Shown here piece by piece: positions 26,646 through 33,538 of a DNA stretch of 45,318 nucleotides. The stretch lies in the NCBI GenBank assembly GCA_018065225.1, contig JAGHTS010000213.1, forward strand, positions 1-45,318. Reading direction: 5' to 3'. The notes under the pieces were generated by a model. It was given only the letters and a program-made list of their open reading frames with translations, was not told the DNA's origin and did no database searches. The stretch is from Candidatus Phascolarctobacterium caballi. GTDB taxonomy: Bacteria; Bacillota; Negativicutes; Acidaminococcales; Acidaminococcaceae. The position numbers were made by a program, and so were the translations under genes. Position 1 is the first letter of the stretch; each line of letters opens with the position of its first letter.

Positions 26646-26924
26646 TTATGCTTCTTGCTGCAATTCGTTCCATACATGGTGCCCAAGTTCTGCCATTGCT
26701 TCTGGCGTTTCTTTCACAAACATTGCAAAAAGGAAAGTCAAGAACTGACTTTTTGTGTCCTGCCATTCTTCCGGGGTCATGTTCGGATTGGCAGCCAGCT
26801 TCATTTCAAGAAGTTTTTGTGTTATTTCCTGCCCAAAAGGTGTATTCAATGCGGTGCGTTCTGCCTGCGTAACCTTTTCTACAAAATCATTGAAGTTGTC
26901 TGCTATCATAATATTTGCCGCCAT
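26646..26924 (-). CDS. Hypothetical small acidic protein (accessory island gene B)
   Basis: ATG 26924 after GGAGGAAATAACA; 92 aa. The ORF-track start at 27002 is an upstream extension. Confidence 0.5.
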   Translation of the reverse strand: MAANIMIADNFNDFVEKVTQAERTALNTPFGQEITQKLLEMKLAANPNMTPEEWQDTKSQFLTFLFAMFVKETPEAMAELGHHVWNELQQEA

Positions 26925-26980
26925 TGTTATTTCCTCCATTCGATAAATGATAAGGGCGGCAGCAGTGCCGCCCGGTTGAA

Positions 26981-27232
26981 TTAGCCACGGAATACCGGGC
27001 AAGTATTACCACGAAACATGGTTAAGCGAATAGCGTGATTTAATTCAGCGTCACTCATATAGTCAGTGTCAAGCGACTTGCAAAAGCCGATTGCCCAGTT
27101 GATACCCTGCAAGGTCTGGCGGTCAAGAATACCACGTTTTGCAGGTTCGCTTGTAGCAGCTGCGTATCTTGCAAGAGTGTTCTCACAAGAGAAAATGAAG
27201 TTTGCTGGAATGTTGATTGATAATGCGTTCAT
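26981..27232 (-). CDS. Hypothetical small protein (accessory island gene A)
   Basis: ATG 27232 after GGGAGGTAACAACC; 83 aa. The ORF-track start at 27532 would run through the promoter region. Confidence 0.5.
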   Translation of the reverse strand: MNALSINIPANFIFSCENTLARYAAATSEPAKRGILDRQTLQGINWAIGFCKSLDTDYMSDAELNHAIRLTMFRGNTCPVFRG

Positions 27233-27286
27233 GGTTGTTACCTCCCGGATATATGAATTATTGTTGTTGCTCTTGTAACTGTCTTT

Positions 27287-27315
27287 ATTATATACTTGCG
27301 CAAGTATAAAGTCAA
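27287..27315 (-). promoter_or_regulatory. Sigma-70-type promoter TTGACT-17-TATAAT with a palindromic operator in the spacer
   Basis: On the minus strand: -35 TTGACT (27310-27315), 17-nt spacer 'ttatacttgcgcaagta', -10 TATAAT (27287-27292). Nearly identical to 40451-40479. Confidence 0.6.
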
Positions 27316-27399
27316 GAAGAATACAGCAGAAATATTGCACAAATATACTTGCGTAAGATAACAAAATAATTGTGCAATATATATACTTGCGCAAGGGAT
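27291..27399. promoter_or_regulatory. Operator array: three TATACTTGCGCAAGTATA-type palindromes plus an inverted pair of AATATTGCACAA
   Basis: Perfect 18-bp palindrome at 27291-27308 and degenerate copies at 27344-27360 and 27382-27399. 'atattgcacaa' (27332-27342) is inverted at 27370-27380. Confidence 0.6.
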
Positions 27400-27415
27400 A
27401 ACGCCGTGATACAAT
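27387..27415 (+). promoter_or_regulatory. Candidate promoter of the RHH gene (TTGCGC-17-TACAAT)
   Basis: The -35 lies inside the third palindrome; the -10 TACAAT is at 27410-27415. Confidence 0.35.
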
Positions 27416-27449
27416 GATAAACACAAATATACAGCGGAGGTGTGAAAGC

Positions 27450-27680
27450 ATGGAAGAACAGAAAAAGCCGGACACAAAGAACACTGGGAAAGCGACAGCA
27501 GCAACAAAAGCAAAAAACAACTTCAACAGCAAAGCGTATGACCGTTTATACCCATTTGTAAAAGCAGGGGAAAAAGTAAAAATTGAGAGAGCAGCGGGGA
27601 AAGCCGGACAAAGCCTAAATGATTATATTGTAACTGCGATATACCAGAGAATGAAGAGGGAGGGGCACGACGTTGAATGA
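27450..27680 (+). CDS. Ribbon-helix-helix (Arc/CopG-like) DNA-binding protein
   Basis: ATG 27450 after GGAGGTG. Lys-rich tail, then 'YDRLYPFVKAGEKVKIERAAGKAGQSLNDYIVTAIYQRMKRE', a beta-alpha-alpha RHH pattern. Confidence 0.5.
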   Translation: MEEQKKPDTKNTGKATAATKAKNNFNSKAYDRLYPFVKAGEKVKIERAAGKAGQSLNDYIVTAIYQRMKREGHDVE

Positions 27681-28161
27681 AACAATAAGTCAAGCAAAAC
27701 AACAAATTCATAATTTTGCAGAAAACATTATAAAAATACGAAAAGCAGTGATTGAAGCCGTGTGGGAATTTGTGATTGATGGAGAAACGCCAAAGCCAGA
27801 AGACGGACAACTTGTGCAGATGGACACGAAAATGTACATATACGGGAAATGCACAAAATATATTTTTTGCTACAAAGGAGAACGAAAAGCAGAACTGTAC
27901 GAAACAGATAATTTTGATTACTATTTGCACGCAGACAAATTCAGTTATACTGGAAAAGCGAAAATTGATATATACAAAAGACCAGACGGAATGTTTCACC
28001 CGGCATTCATACAAAAAGATGGAATACAGAAAGATTATATTATAATAATTGATGAAATATTGCCAGAAGAGATAAAAATAATAAAGGAATATGAGTGGGA
28101 ACAAAAAATAAAAGCGGCAGTGGGAGAAAAAAAGCACTATGAAGCCAGCGACATAATGTAG
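27673..28161 (+). CDS. Hypothetical protein (AT-rich accessory gene)
   Basis: TTG start after GAGGGAGGGG, overlapping the RHH gene by 8 nt. 162 aa. Visibly more AT-rich than its surroundings. Confidence 0.5.
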   Translation: MNETISQAKQQIHNFAENIIKIRKAVIEAVWEFVIDGETPKPEDGQLVQMDTKMYIYGKCTKYIFCYKGERKAELYETDNFDYYLHADKFSYTGKAKIDIYKRPDGMFHPAFIQKDGIQKDYIIIIDEILPEEIKIIKEYEWEQKIKAAVGEKKHYEASDIM

Positions 28162-28174
28162 ACAATTTGAGAGT

Positions 28175-28211
28175 AAAAAAGAAGCCCAGTGGCAGCAGTG
28201 CTTCTGGGCTT
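28175..28211 (-). terminator. Intrinsic terminator downstream of the integrase gene
   Basis: 8-bp stem (aagcccag / ctgggctt) followed by T6 on the minus strand. Confidence 0.55.
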
Positions 28212-28219
28212 TGATTGAT

Positions 28220-28267
28220 GTTGTACTAATTAAACACAGCCCACGGGTAGTGTTAAGTTAGTACAAC
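28220..28267. other. Candidate attP core: 18-bp imperfect inverted repeat around a 12-bp centre
   Basis: 'gttgtactaattaaacac' - 'agcccacgggta' - 'gtgttaagttagtacaac'. It abuts the integrase stop codon and has no T-run on either side. Confidence 0.45.
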
Positions 28268-28268
28268 A

Positions 28269-29639
28269 CTACCCAAAAACAACACCCGTGATATTCTGGT
28301 CATTATCAATGCGTATTTCTTTAATGACAGAGCGCCAAAGCGTGCGTTTTTCCTCACGGGTCAAAGTATCATAAATGCTTTTGAAATCACTATCAAGAAG
28401 TTTACGAACAGCGGAAAAGTCCGGGGGCGGTTCAATGTTGTTGTCTGGTATTTGGTTCAAAGCAGACATATATATTTCATAGTCCCTTTTGTATTCCTCA
28501 ATGTCTATAAGGTCGTTTACATACAATTCTTTAAGTTTACCAAGTTTTCTTTTCAAAGTGGCTTTGTCAGTTCCGGCAGCAGTTCTTTTCTTCTTTGCAG
28601 CTTCAACCTCCCATTCCAACTGGCAGCGCTCCAATTCTTCTGCGAGGTGTTCAAACAACCACGCTTCAACGTGACTTTCACGGGCTGAATGATTGTGACA
28701 GCAACGCCCACGCTGGAAATGCTGGTTGCAACGGTAATAATAAATGCCACGGCTGATGTAGCCGCACAATTTATGGTTGCATTCAGAGCAAGTCAAAATG
28801 GAAGTGAATATATAAACATTGCCAGCTGGCGCAGAACGTGCATTGCGCTTCAATAACAGCTGTACACGGTCAAATTGTTCTTGCGATATGATAGGCTGAC
28901 AAAAATTAGAATTATATCTGCCGCCACGGTCATATACACCAGTGTACAACTTTTCTTGCAACATACGGCGAAAAGTAGCGTCGCACCAATTAAGACCGTA
29001 AGTTTCACGAATATATTTGACGGTCCCACGCTGGGACACGGTAGCTTCAAAATGATTGAATGCGTCACAAACAATGGCTGCGTCTTCTGGTACAACTTCA
29101 AGTCGTTTTTCAGAGTTGACACGATAGCCGCAAGGGGCTGAACCAGAAACGACAGTGCCATGCGCAACTTTGCTGTCAAATACAACGTCTATACGTTCAC
29201 CGCAAATATCGGCTTCATTCTGGGCAATAGACAATTTGACATTGATATACAAGCGCCCATTTGCAGTGCTTGTGTCATATTCTTCATCAATAGTCTTCCA
29301 GCCGCAGTTGTGGGCTTCCAGAACCTCCATAACTTTGTAATAATCAGCAACAGAACGAAACCAGCGGTCAAGACGGCAAAACAAAAGCACGTCTATTTCA
29401 TCACGCTTTACAGCGCCAAGCATTTTTTGAAATTCGGTTCGCTTGTGCATATTCTTTCTGGCGGTCTTTGCTGCGTCAATATAAACACCGACTATCACCC
29501 AGCCCCGTTCCCGTGCGTAGGCTTCCAGTCGTTCTTGCTGGGCTTCCAGTGACAGACCTTTTATTTTCTGTTCCTCACCAGAAACACGTATATACAATGC
29601 GACCCGGACAAGCGCCGGGGCAATATCTTTCTTTTTCAC
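28269..29639 (-). CDS. int: Large serine recombinase (integrase)
   Basis: GTG start. 'VALYIRVSGEEQ' holds the catalytic Ser. Resolvase domain plus recombinase domain plus zinc ribbon 'CSECNHKLCG..YYRCNQH', then a coiled-coil C-terminus. Confidence 0.9.
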   Translation of the reverse strand: MKKKDIAPALVRVALYIRVSGEEQKIKGLSLEAQQERLEAYARERGWVIVGVYIDAAKTARKNMHKRTEFQKMLGAVKRDEIDVLLFCRLDRWFRSVADYYKVMEVLEAHNCGWKTIDEEYDTSTANGRLYINVKLSIAQNEADICGERIDVVFDSKVAHGTVVSGSAPCGYRVNSEKRLEVVPEDAAIVCDAFNHFEATVSQRGTVKYIRETYGLNWCDATFRRMLQEKLYTGVYDRGGRYNSNFCQPIISQEQFDRVQLLLKRNARSAPAGNVYIFTSILTCSECNHKLCGYISRGIYYYRCNQHFQRGRCCHNHSARESHVEAWLFEHLAEELERCQLEWEVEAAKKKRTAAGTDKATLKRKLGKLKELYVNDLIDIEEYKRDYEIYMSALNQIPDNNIEPPPDFSAVRKLLDSDFKSIYDTLTREEKRTLWRSVIKEIRIDNDQNITGVVFG

Positions 29640-29733
29640 AAAATCACCTGCATTTCCTTTAATTTCCCGCCCGCAGGTGCTACAATAACAATGCAGACGG
29701 TATGTTGTATCTGGTACATATATACTATGCCAC

Positions 29734-29767
29734 GCCCCGGAGTGTTCCCAGCACTGCCGGGGCTTTT
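29734..29767 (+). terminator. Plus-strand intrinsic terminator inside the minus-strand lysogeny block
   Basis: Stem 'gccccggagtg' / 'cactgccggggc' (one bulge) with a 7-nt loop and T4 on the + strand only. Confidence 0.45.
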
Positions 29768-29772
29768 AATGT

Positions 29773-30219
29773 CTATAAAATTTCGCCGTATTTATCACAA
29801 AAGCGTCCAGAAGCAATGCGGTAAATATCGTAAAACCAGCCAAAACAGAAAAGACCAGCTGTACATAAATATAATAGTCCCATTCCATAGCGCTTTGTAT
29901 AAAAATAATGTGCGCCAAAATATCCAGCAAGCACGCAGAGCAAAAAGACAATGAAATGCTTGTTTGACGGTGCGGCAGCGGTAGTTTCTTTCAGTGTGTT
30001 TTCCAATTTATAAATATGTTTGCACGGCTTTTGCCTATTTATGAAGTCTGGACAAGTGCAAGAAGAAAGCGTGACAGAATAAAAGTTTTCACCGTCTGCA
30101 CTTTCTATAATTGCAGTTTTGTTGGTGCGGTCAAGATTACGCACAACCATGTGTTCAAACTGCGCTTTGTTTCTTCTGTTTTGTTGCTGCGCAGCTTCGC
30201 TATTCTCAAAATATCCCAT
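29773..30219 (-). CDS. SWIM zinc-finger / TM2-domain membrane protein
   Basis: 'CTCPDFINRQKPCKH' fits CxCxnCxH. The C-terminus 'GYFGAHYFYTKRYGMGLLYLCTAGLFCFGWFYDIYRI' matches the TM2 two-helix pattern. Confidence 0.7.
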   Translation of the reverse strand: MGYFENSEAAQQQNRRNKAQFEHMVVRNLDRTNKTAIIESADGENFYSVTLSSCTCPDFINRQKPCKHIYKLENTLKETTAAAPSNKHFIVFLLCVLAGYFGAHYFYTKRYGMGLLYLCTAGLFCFGWFYDIYRIASGRFCDKYGEIL

Positions 30220-30437
30220 TCAATCAACCTTTCCGGCGCAGATATTCCAGAAAATGAAAAATTATAATGTAAAGTGCGCCCAGCTGACGAAAAAAGAAAG
30301 GTGGTCACACAGAATGAAAAAATATATAAGATATTACGACGTAAGAGTGTATGCCATATATTACAGCAAGAGCAATACAATATACATCAATTTGAATTTT
30401 TCTGGAATAACGCAACTAATAATTTTTAAGTAAAAGT

Positions 30438-30465
30438 AAAAAGCTGGGTGCGTTTATCACCCAGC
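30438..30465 (-). terminator. Intrinsic terminator overlapping the 3' end of the repressor gene
   Basis: Stem 'gctgggtg' / 'cacccagc' followed by T5 on the minus strand. Confidence 0.6.
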
Positions 30466-30912
30466 GTCTACCCCAGAAGCATTGCCAGTGTCAACGGGTG
30501 GGCACTGGGCTTCCAGTTCTTCTTCACTGTCTGGAACAAGCAACGCTGGGTCTGCTGCAACTGCGGCAGCAAGGCGGCGTTTGAAATGGTCCATTGCAGC
30601 TTTTCTTATTTGCGGGTCAAGTTCAAAATATGTCTTTACAATTTCAAGTTCAAGCCCCGTAGCACCTTTTGACTTCACAAAGTCGTCAAGGCTGAATGCG
30701 TCTGGCTGCACGTACATTGGTTCAGTGCCGTTCCGCAACCATTCTTCATTTACTGAATATTCAGCACAAATCAGCTTCACTATATGTTCTTTAATTTCAA
30801 CCCTGCCACGTTCTAAATTATTGATAACATCACCACTGACGCCGAGTTTATCACCAAAAGCAGCTCTTGAAAGTTTCATATCTTCACGAAGCATTCTCAA
30901 ACGGTCATTCAT
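30457..30912 (-). CDS. CI-like repressor (XRE-family HTH)
   Basis: 'LRMLREDMKLSRAAFGDKLGVSGDVINNLERGRVEI' is an XRE-type HTH. Divergent from the early operon across an operator-rich gap. Confidence 0.8.
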   Translation of the reverse strand: MNDRLRMLREDMKLSRAAFGDKLGVSGDVINNLERGRVEIKEHIVKLICAEYSVNEEWLRNGTEPMYVQPDAFSLDDFVKSKGATGLELEIVKTYFELDPQIRKAAMDHFKRRLAAAVAADPALLVPDSEEELEAQCPPVDTGNASGVDAG

Positions 30913-30942
30913 AATGGAACCCCCTTTCTATTTTGTAAATTC

Positions 30943-30971
30943 ATAATATCATTATTGTTTTGGTTAGTCAA
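30943..30971 (-). promoter_or_regulatory. Repressor gene promoter (TTGACT-17-TATTAT)
   Basis: On the minus strand, the -35 is at 30966-30971 (inside O1) and the -10 at 30943-30948. Confidence 0.5.
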
Positions 30972-31047
30972 CCAAAAAATAAAATAAATTTTCAAAAATA
31001 TGGTTGACACACCAAAAGTAATGCGCTATACTTGGTTTAACAACCAA
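30960..31047. promoter_or_regulatory. Three operators of form TTGGTT-N4-AACCAA
   Basis: 30960-30975 'ttggttagtcaaccaa', 31000-31015 'atggttgacacaccaa' and 31032-31047 'ttggtttaacaaccaa'. Confidence 0.6.
31004..31032 (+). promoter_or_regulatory. Early rightward promoter (TTGACA-17-TATACT)
   Basis: Consensus -35 at 31004-31009 inside O2. The -10 at 31027-31032 abuts O3. Confidence 0.6.
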
Positions 31048-31104
31048 AGCAACAAAATAATTTTGGTCGTTTGGCAAATATATTTAATTAAGGAGGAAAA
31101 GCAG

Positions 31105-31299
31105 ATGGCAGATAAGAAAGAAAAAACAATGGAAACCATGCTTGCAGCAGAGAACCAGCAGGAAGCAGCAGAGGTTATGGCATTTCTTGGAGAACTGAAC
31201 CCGGAAGAAAAGAAAGATTTTCTGGTATTTGTGCAGGGTATCAGATTTGCAAGAGGAATGCAGAAAAGTATTGCCATTCCAGCGGTACAGACCATTTAG
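31105..31299 (+). CDS. Hypothetical early protein (occupies the cro position)
   Basis: ATG 31105 after AAGGAGGAAAAGCAG; 64 aa. No clear HTH seen. Confidence 0.45.
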   Translation: MADKKEKTMETMLAAENQQEAAEVMAFLGELNPEEKKDFLVFVQGIRFARGMQKSIAIPAVQTI

Positions 31300-31314
31300 G
31301 AGGTAACAGCGGCA

Positions 31315-31521
31315 GTGGAAATACAAGGAACATTCAATGCCCAGCGCTTCTTTGACACGCTGGCGCTGATAATTTCACAACGGGAAAACGTGAAAGTCAC
31401 AGTGCAAGTGACACAGACGCCAGAAAAAACAGAAGCCAGCGTAAATGCTGGGCACATCAAAGATTTTTCAAAGTCAATAAGCGGGTGCGGCAGCACACGC
31501 ATAAAGAAAAAAAGAGCATAA
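31315..31521 (+). CDS. Hypothetical early protein
   Basis: GTG start 10 nt after AGGAGG; 68 aa. Confidence 0.4.
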   Translation: MEIQGTFNAQRFFDTLALIISQRENVKVTVQVTQTPEKTEASVNAGHIKDFSKSISGCGSTRIKKKRA

Positions 31522-31580
31522 AGAAAAGCCTTTGAAGAAGTGCCGGGAAACACAACGTCAAAGACTTTTCAAAGTCAATA
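31457..31580 (+). repeat. 23-bp direct repeat pair 'tcaaaga[t/c]ttttcaaagtcaata' (iteron-like)
   Basis: Copies at 31457-31479 and 31558-31580 with one mismatch. The related motif gtcaatat(t/g)g recurs at 31574-31583 and 31736-31745, and inverted at 31612-31621. Confidence 0.6.
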
Positions 31581-31811
31581 TTGATAATAAATTCATAACA
31601 CATTTATTGTACCATATTGACGGCATAAAGTCAAGGATAAAGGGGCGAAAAGCCTTGAAAAATAAAGGTTTTACACCTGCTATCCGGGCTTGTATGGGGT
31701 ATTAACATTCCTACGAAAGTATATATAAATATACAGTCAATATGGAACAGAAATGGTGGAGAATATACCACGACTTCTGGTTATACCTTTTATGTCTTAA
31801 TAGGGTACTGG

Positions 31812-32786
31812 GTGAATAGAAAAGGAAGTGCAGTGGTGTTTATCAGAGAAAAGAAGATAGACTGCACCGATTATAGAGAAGTGGACATAATACCCAGAAC
31901 GGAGAGAGCAGAGCAAGCAAGCAAAGGAAAGAGGGGAAAGAGAAGAAAGACACCAGAACCAAAGCAAAAAGACTTGAACGACAAGAACGCTAAACGGTAT
32001 CTGGTACAACTGGGCAATGGCAACTTTCATGTAGGAGATTTGCACACATCATGTACATACAGTGCAGAGAACCTGCCGGGCAGTGTAGAAGAAGCAGAAA
32101 ACATAGTGAGAAACTACCTGCGCCGCATTGATTACCGAAGAAAGAAACTGGGGCTGGAAGCCTTGAAATATATATTGGTAACTGAATATAAGTTCAACAA
32201 GGACGGGGAAAGTATCAAAAGAATACACCATCATATCATTATGAACGGTGGATTAGACCGTGACGAAGTGGAACTAATGTGGACAATGCAGCGCATAAAT
32301 TGGAATAAGATTGATAACCCAGAGTATAAAGCAGGGATAAAGCAAATAGGCTGGGTAAATGCAGATAGACTGCAAATGAATGAAAACGGTATTGAGGGTC
32401 TATGCAAATACATAATCAAGGACCCGCAGGGAAAGAAAAGGTATTCAAGCAGCCGAAATCTGGAAAGACCAGAAACAACAAAGAGTGATGGGGACGAAAA
32501 GACCAGCCGTGACCAGAGTTTGTGGAAGCATAGCAGAAACCTTACAGCACCGACAGAGAAGTGCAACGACCATAAGTACACCAGAAAGAAAGTGGAAAGG
32601 TTGGCAAAGTCACCAGACAACGGACTTGCGGAGTTCCAGAAGATATACAGTGACTACAATATAACGTCAGTTGAAGCGGTCTATTATGAACAGACGGGCT
32701 GGCATATTTACTTGAAAATGTGGAAAAAGCCAAAACCAAAAGGCAAGACAAAAGGAGGGCAAAAGAAATGCAGACTAAAACATTAA
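31812..32786 (+). CDS. Rolling-circle (HUH) replication initiator-like protein
   Basis: Ordered motifs 'YILVTEY', 'RIHHHIIMNG' (HUH) and 'GLCKYIIKD' (YxxK). The true start may be GTG 31833/31836, after AAAGGAAG. Confidence 0.55.
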   Translation: MNRKGSAVVFIREKKIDCTDYREVDIIPRTERAEQASKGKRGKRRKTPEPKQKDLNDKNAKRYLVQLGNGNFHVGDLHTSCTYSAENLPGSVEEAENIVRNYLRRIDYRRKKLGLEALKYILVTEYKFNKDGESIKRIHHHIIMNGGLDRDEVELMWTMQRINWNKIDNPEYKAGIKQIGWVNADRLQMNENGIEGLCKYIIKDPQGKKRYSSSRNLERPETTKSDGDEKTSRDQSLWKHSRNLTAPTEKCNDHKYTRKKVERLAKSPDNGLAEFQKIYSDYNITSVEAVYYEQTGWHIYLKMWKKPKPKGKTKGGQKKCRLKH

Positions 32787-33538
32787 ATTCTGAACAGATA
32801 AAGCGCCGCAAGGCAATGAAGAGAATGTGGAGAAGATACAACAGACATATTATGGCAGCAGTGGCAGCAGTTGTTCTGGTTACGCTTATTATATCAGCAA
32901 CAATGATGATAAGAGGTGGGCAAAACAAGCCAGAAACGTTGGCAGCGCAGACAACAGAGCGGGAAACAACAGAAAAGACAGCAGAAGCAACCACGGAGCA
33001 GGCAGCAGGGCAGCAGGTGCCATATCCGTTCAATCTTATGTCACAAGACTGGGACGGTGAGAGTTTGCAGGACTTCAAGTATTACGAAGTACCAGAAGAG
33101 TTTGCGAAGACTGGTGGATATATGCCAGAGTGCTTTCAGAAGTTTACATATATTGTTTGCGATAATAACGGCGTTGATTATGCGCTTGTATTGGCAATGA
33201 TTGAGGTTGAAAGCGGTTACAGATGGAATGTTGAGAGCAAAGAGGGTTCACAAGGCTTTATGCAAGTGAACGTCAAATGGCATGAAGACAGAATGGACAA
33301 GCTGGGCATTGATAATGTGAAAAACCCGTATTTCAACATTATGGTTGCGGTTGATTTTATCAAAGAATTGCAGGGACGATTTGAAACAGAAGAAGAGGTG
33401 CTGACTGCATACAATTACGGCGTAACTGGCGCATATCAGAATGTATGGAACAAAGGATTGACAGAAACAGAGTATTCAAGAAAAGTGCAGCAGGCAAAAG
33501 CCAGAATAATTGAACAGATAGGCGGTGAAAAGGAATGA
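32768..33538 (+). CDS. Membrane-anchored lytic transglycosylase (SLT domain)
   Basis: ATG 32768 after AAGGAGGG. TM 'IMAAVAAVVLVTLIISATMMI'. 'LAMIEVESGY' holds the catalytic Glu-Ser, and 'TAYNYG' follows. Confidence 0.8.
   Translation: MQTKTLNSEQIKRRKAMKRMWRRYNRHIMAAVAAVVLVTLIISATMMIRGGQNKPETLAAQTTERETTEKTAEATTEQAAGQQVPYPFNLMSQDWDGESLQDFKYYEVPEEFAKTGGYMPECFQKFTYIVCDNNGVDYALVLAMIEVESGYRWNVESKEGSQGFMQVNVKWHEDRMDKLGIDNVKNPYFNIMVAVDFIKELQGRFETEEEVLTAYNYGVTGAYQNVWNKGLTETEYSRKVQQAKARIIEQIGGEKE

Noticed and set aside
25919-26686. 255-aa minus-strand ORF opposite the LL-H holin-like gene
   Set aside because: It is antisense to a well-supported + strand gene. Its Ser/Ala/Cys-rich low-complexity translation is typical of antisense frames on purine-rich coding strands, and no SD is visible.
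27291-27399. Repeated TACTTGCGCAAGTA palindromes as a CRISPR array or transposon ends
   Set aside because: There are only three copies per locus with irregular 38-52-bp spacing. They are embedded in -35/-10 promoter elements, and no cas or transposase genes are present.
27233-27532. ORF-track extension of the minus-strand gene to 27532 (183 aa)
   Set aside because: The extension is hydrophobic low-complexity read-through across the divergent promoter and operator region and the RHH gene start. A GGAGG plus ATG at 27232 gives a compact 83-aa gene.
28220-28267. The inverted repeat after int as a simple rho-independent terminator
   Set aside because: There is no T-run on either strand. A separate hairpin with T6 lies 9 nt further downstream on the minus strand, so attP is the better explanation, though it remains unproven.
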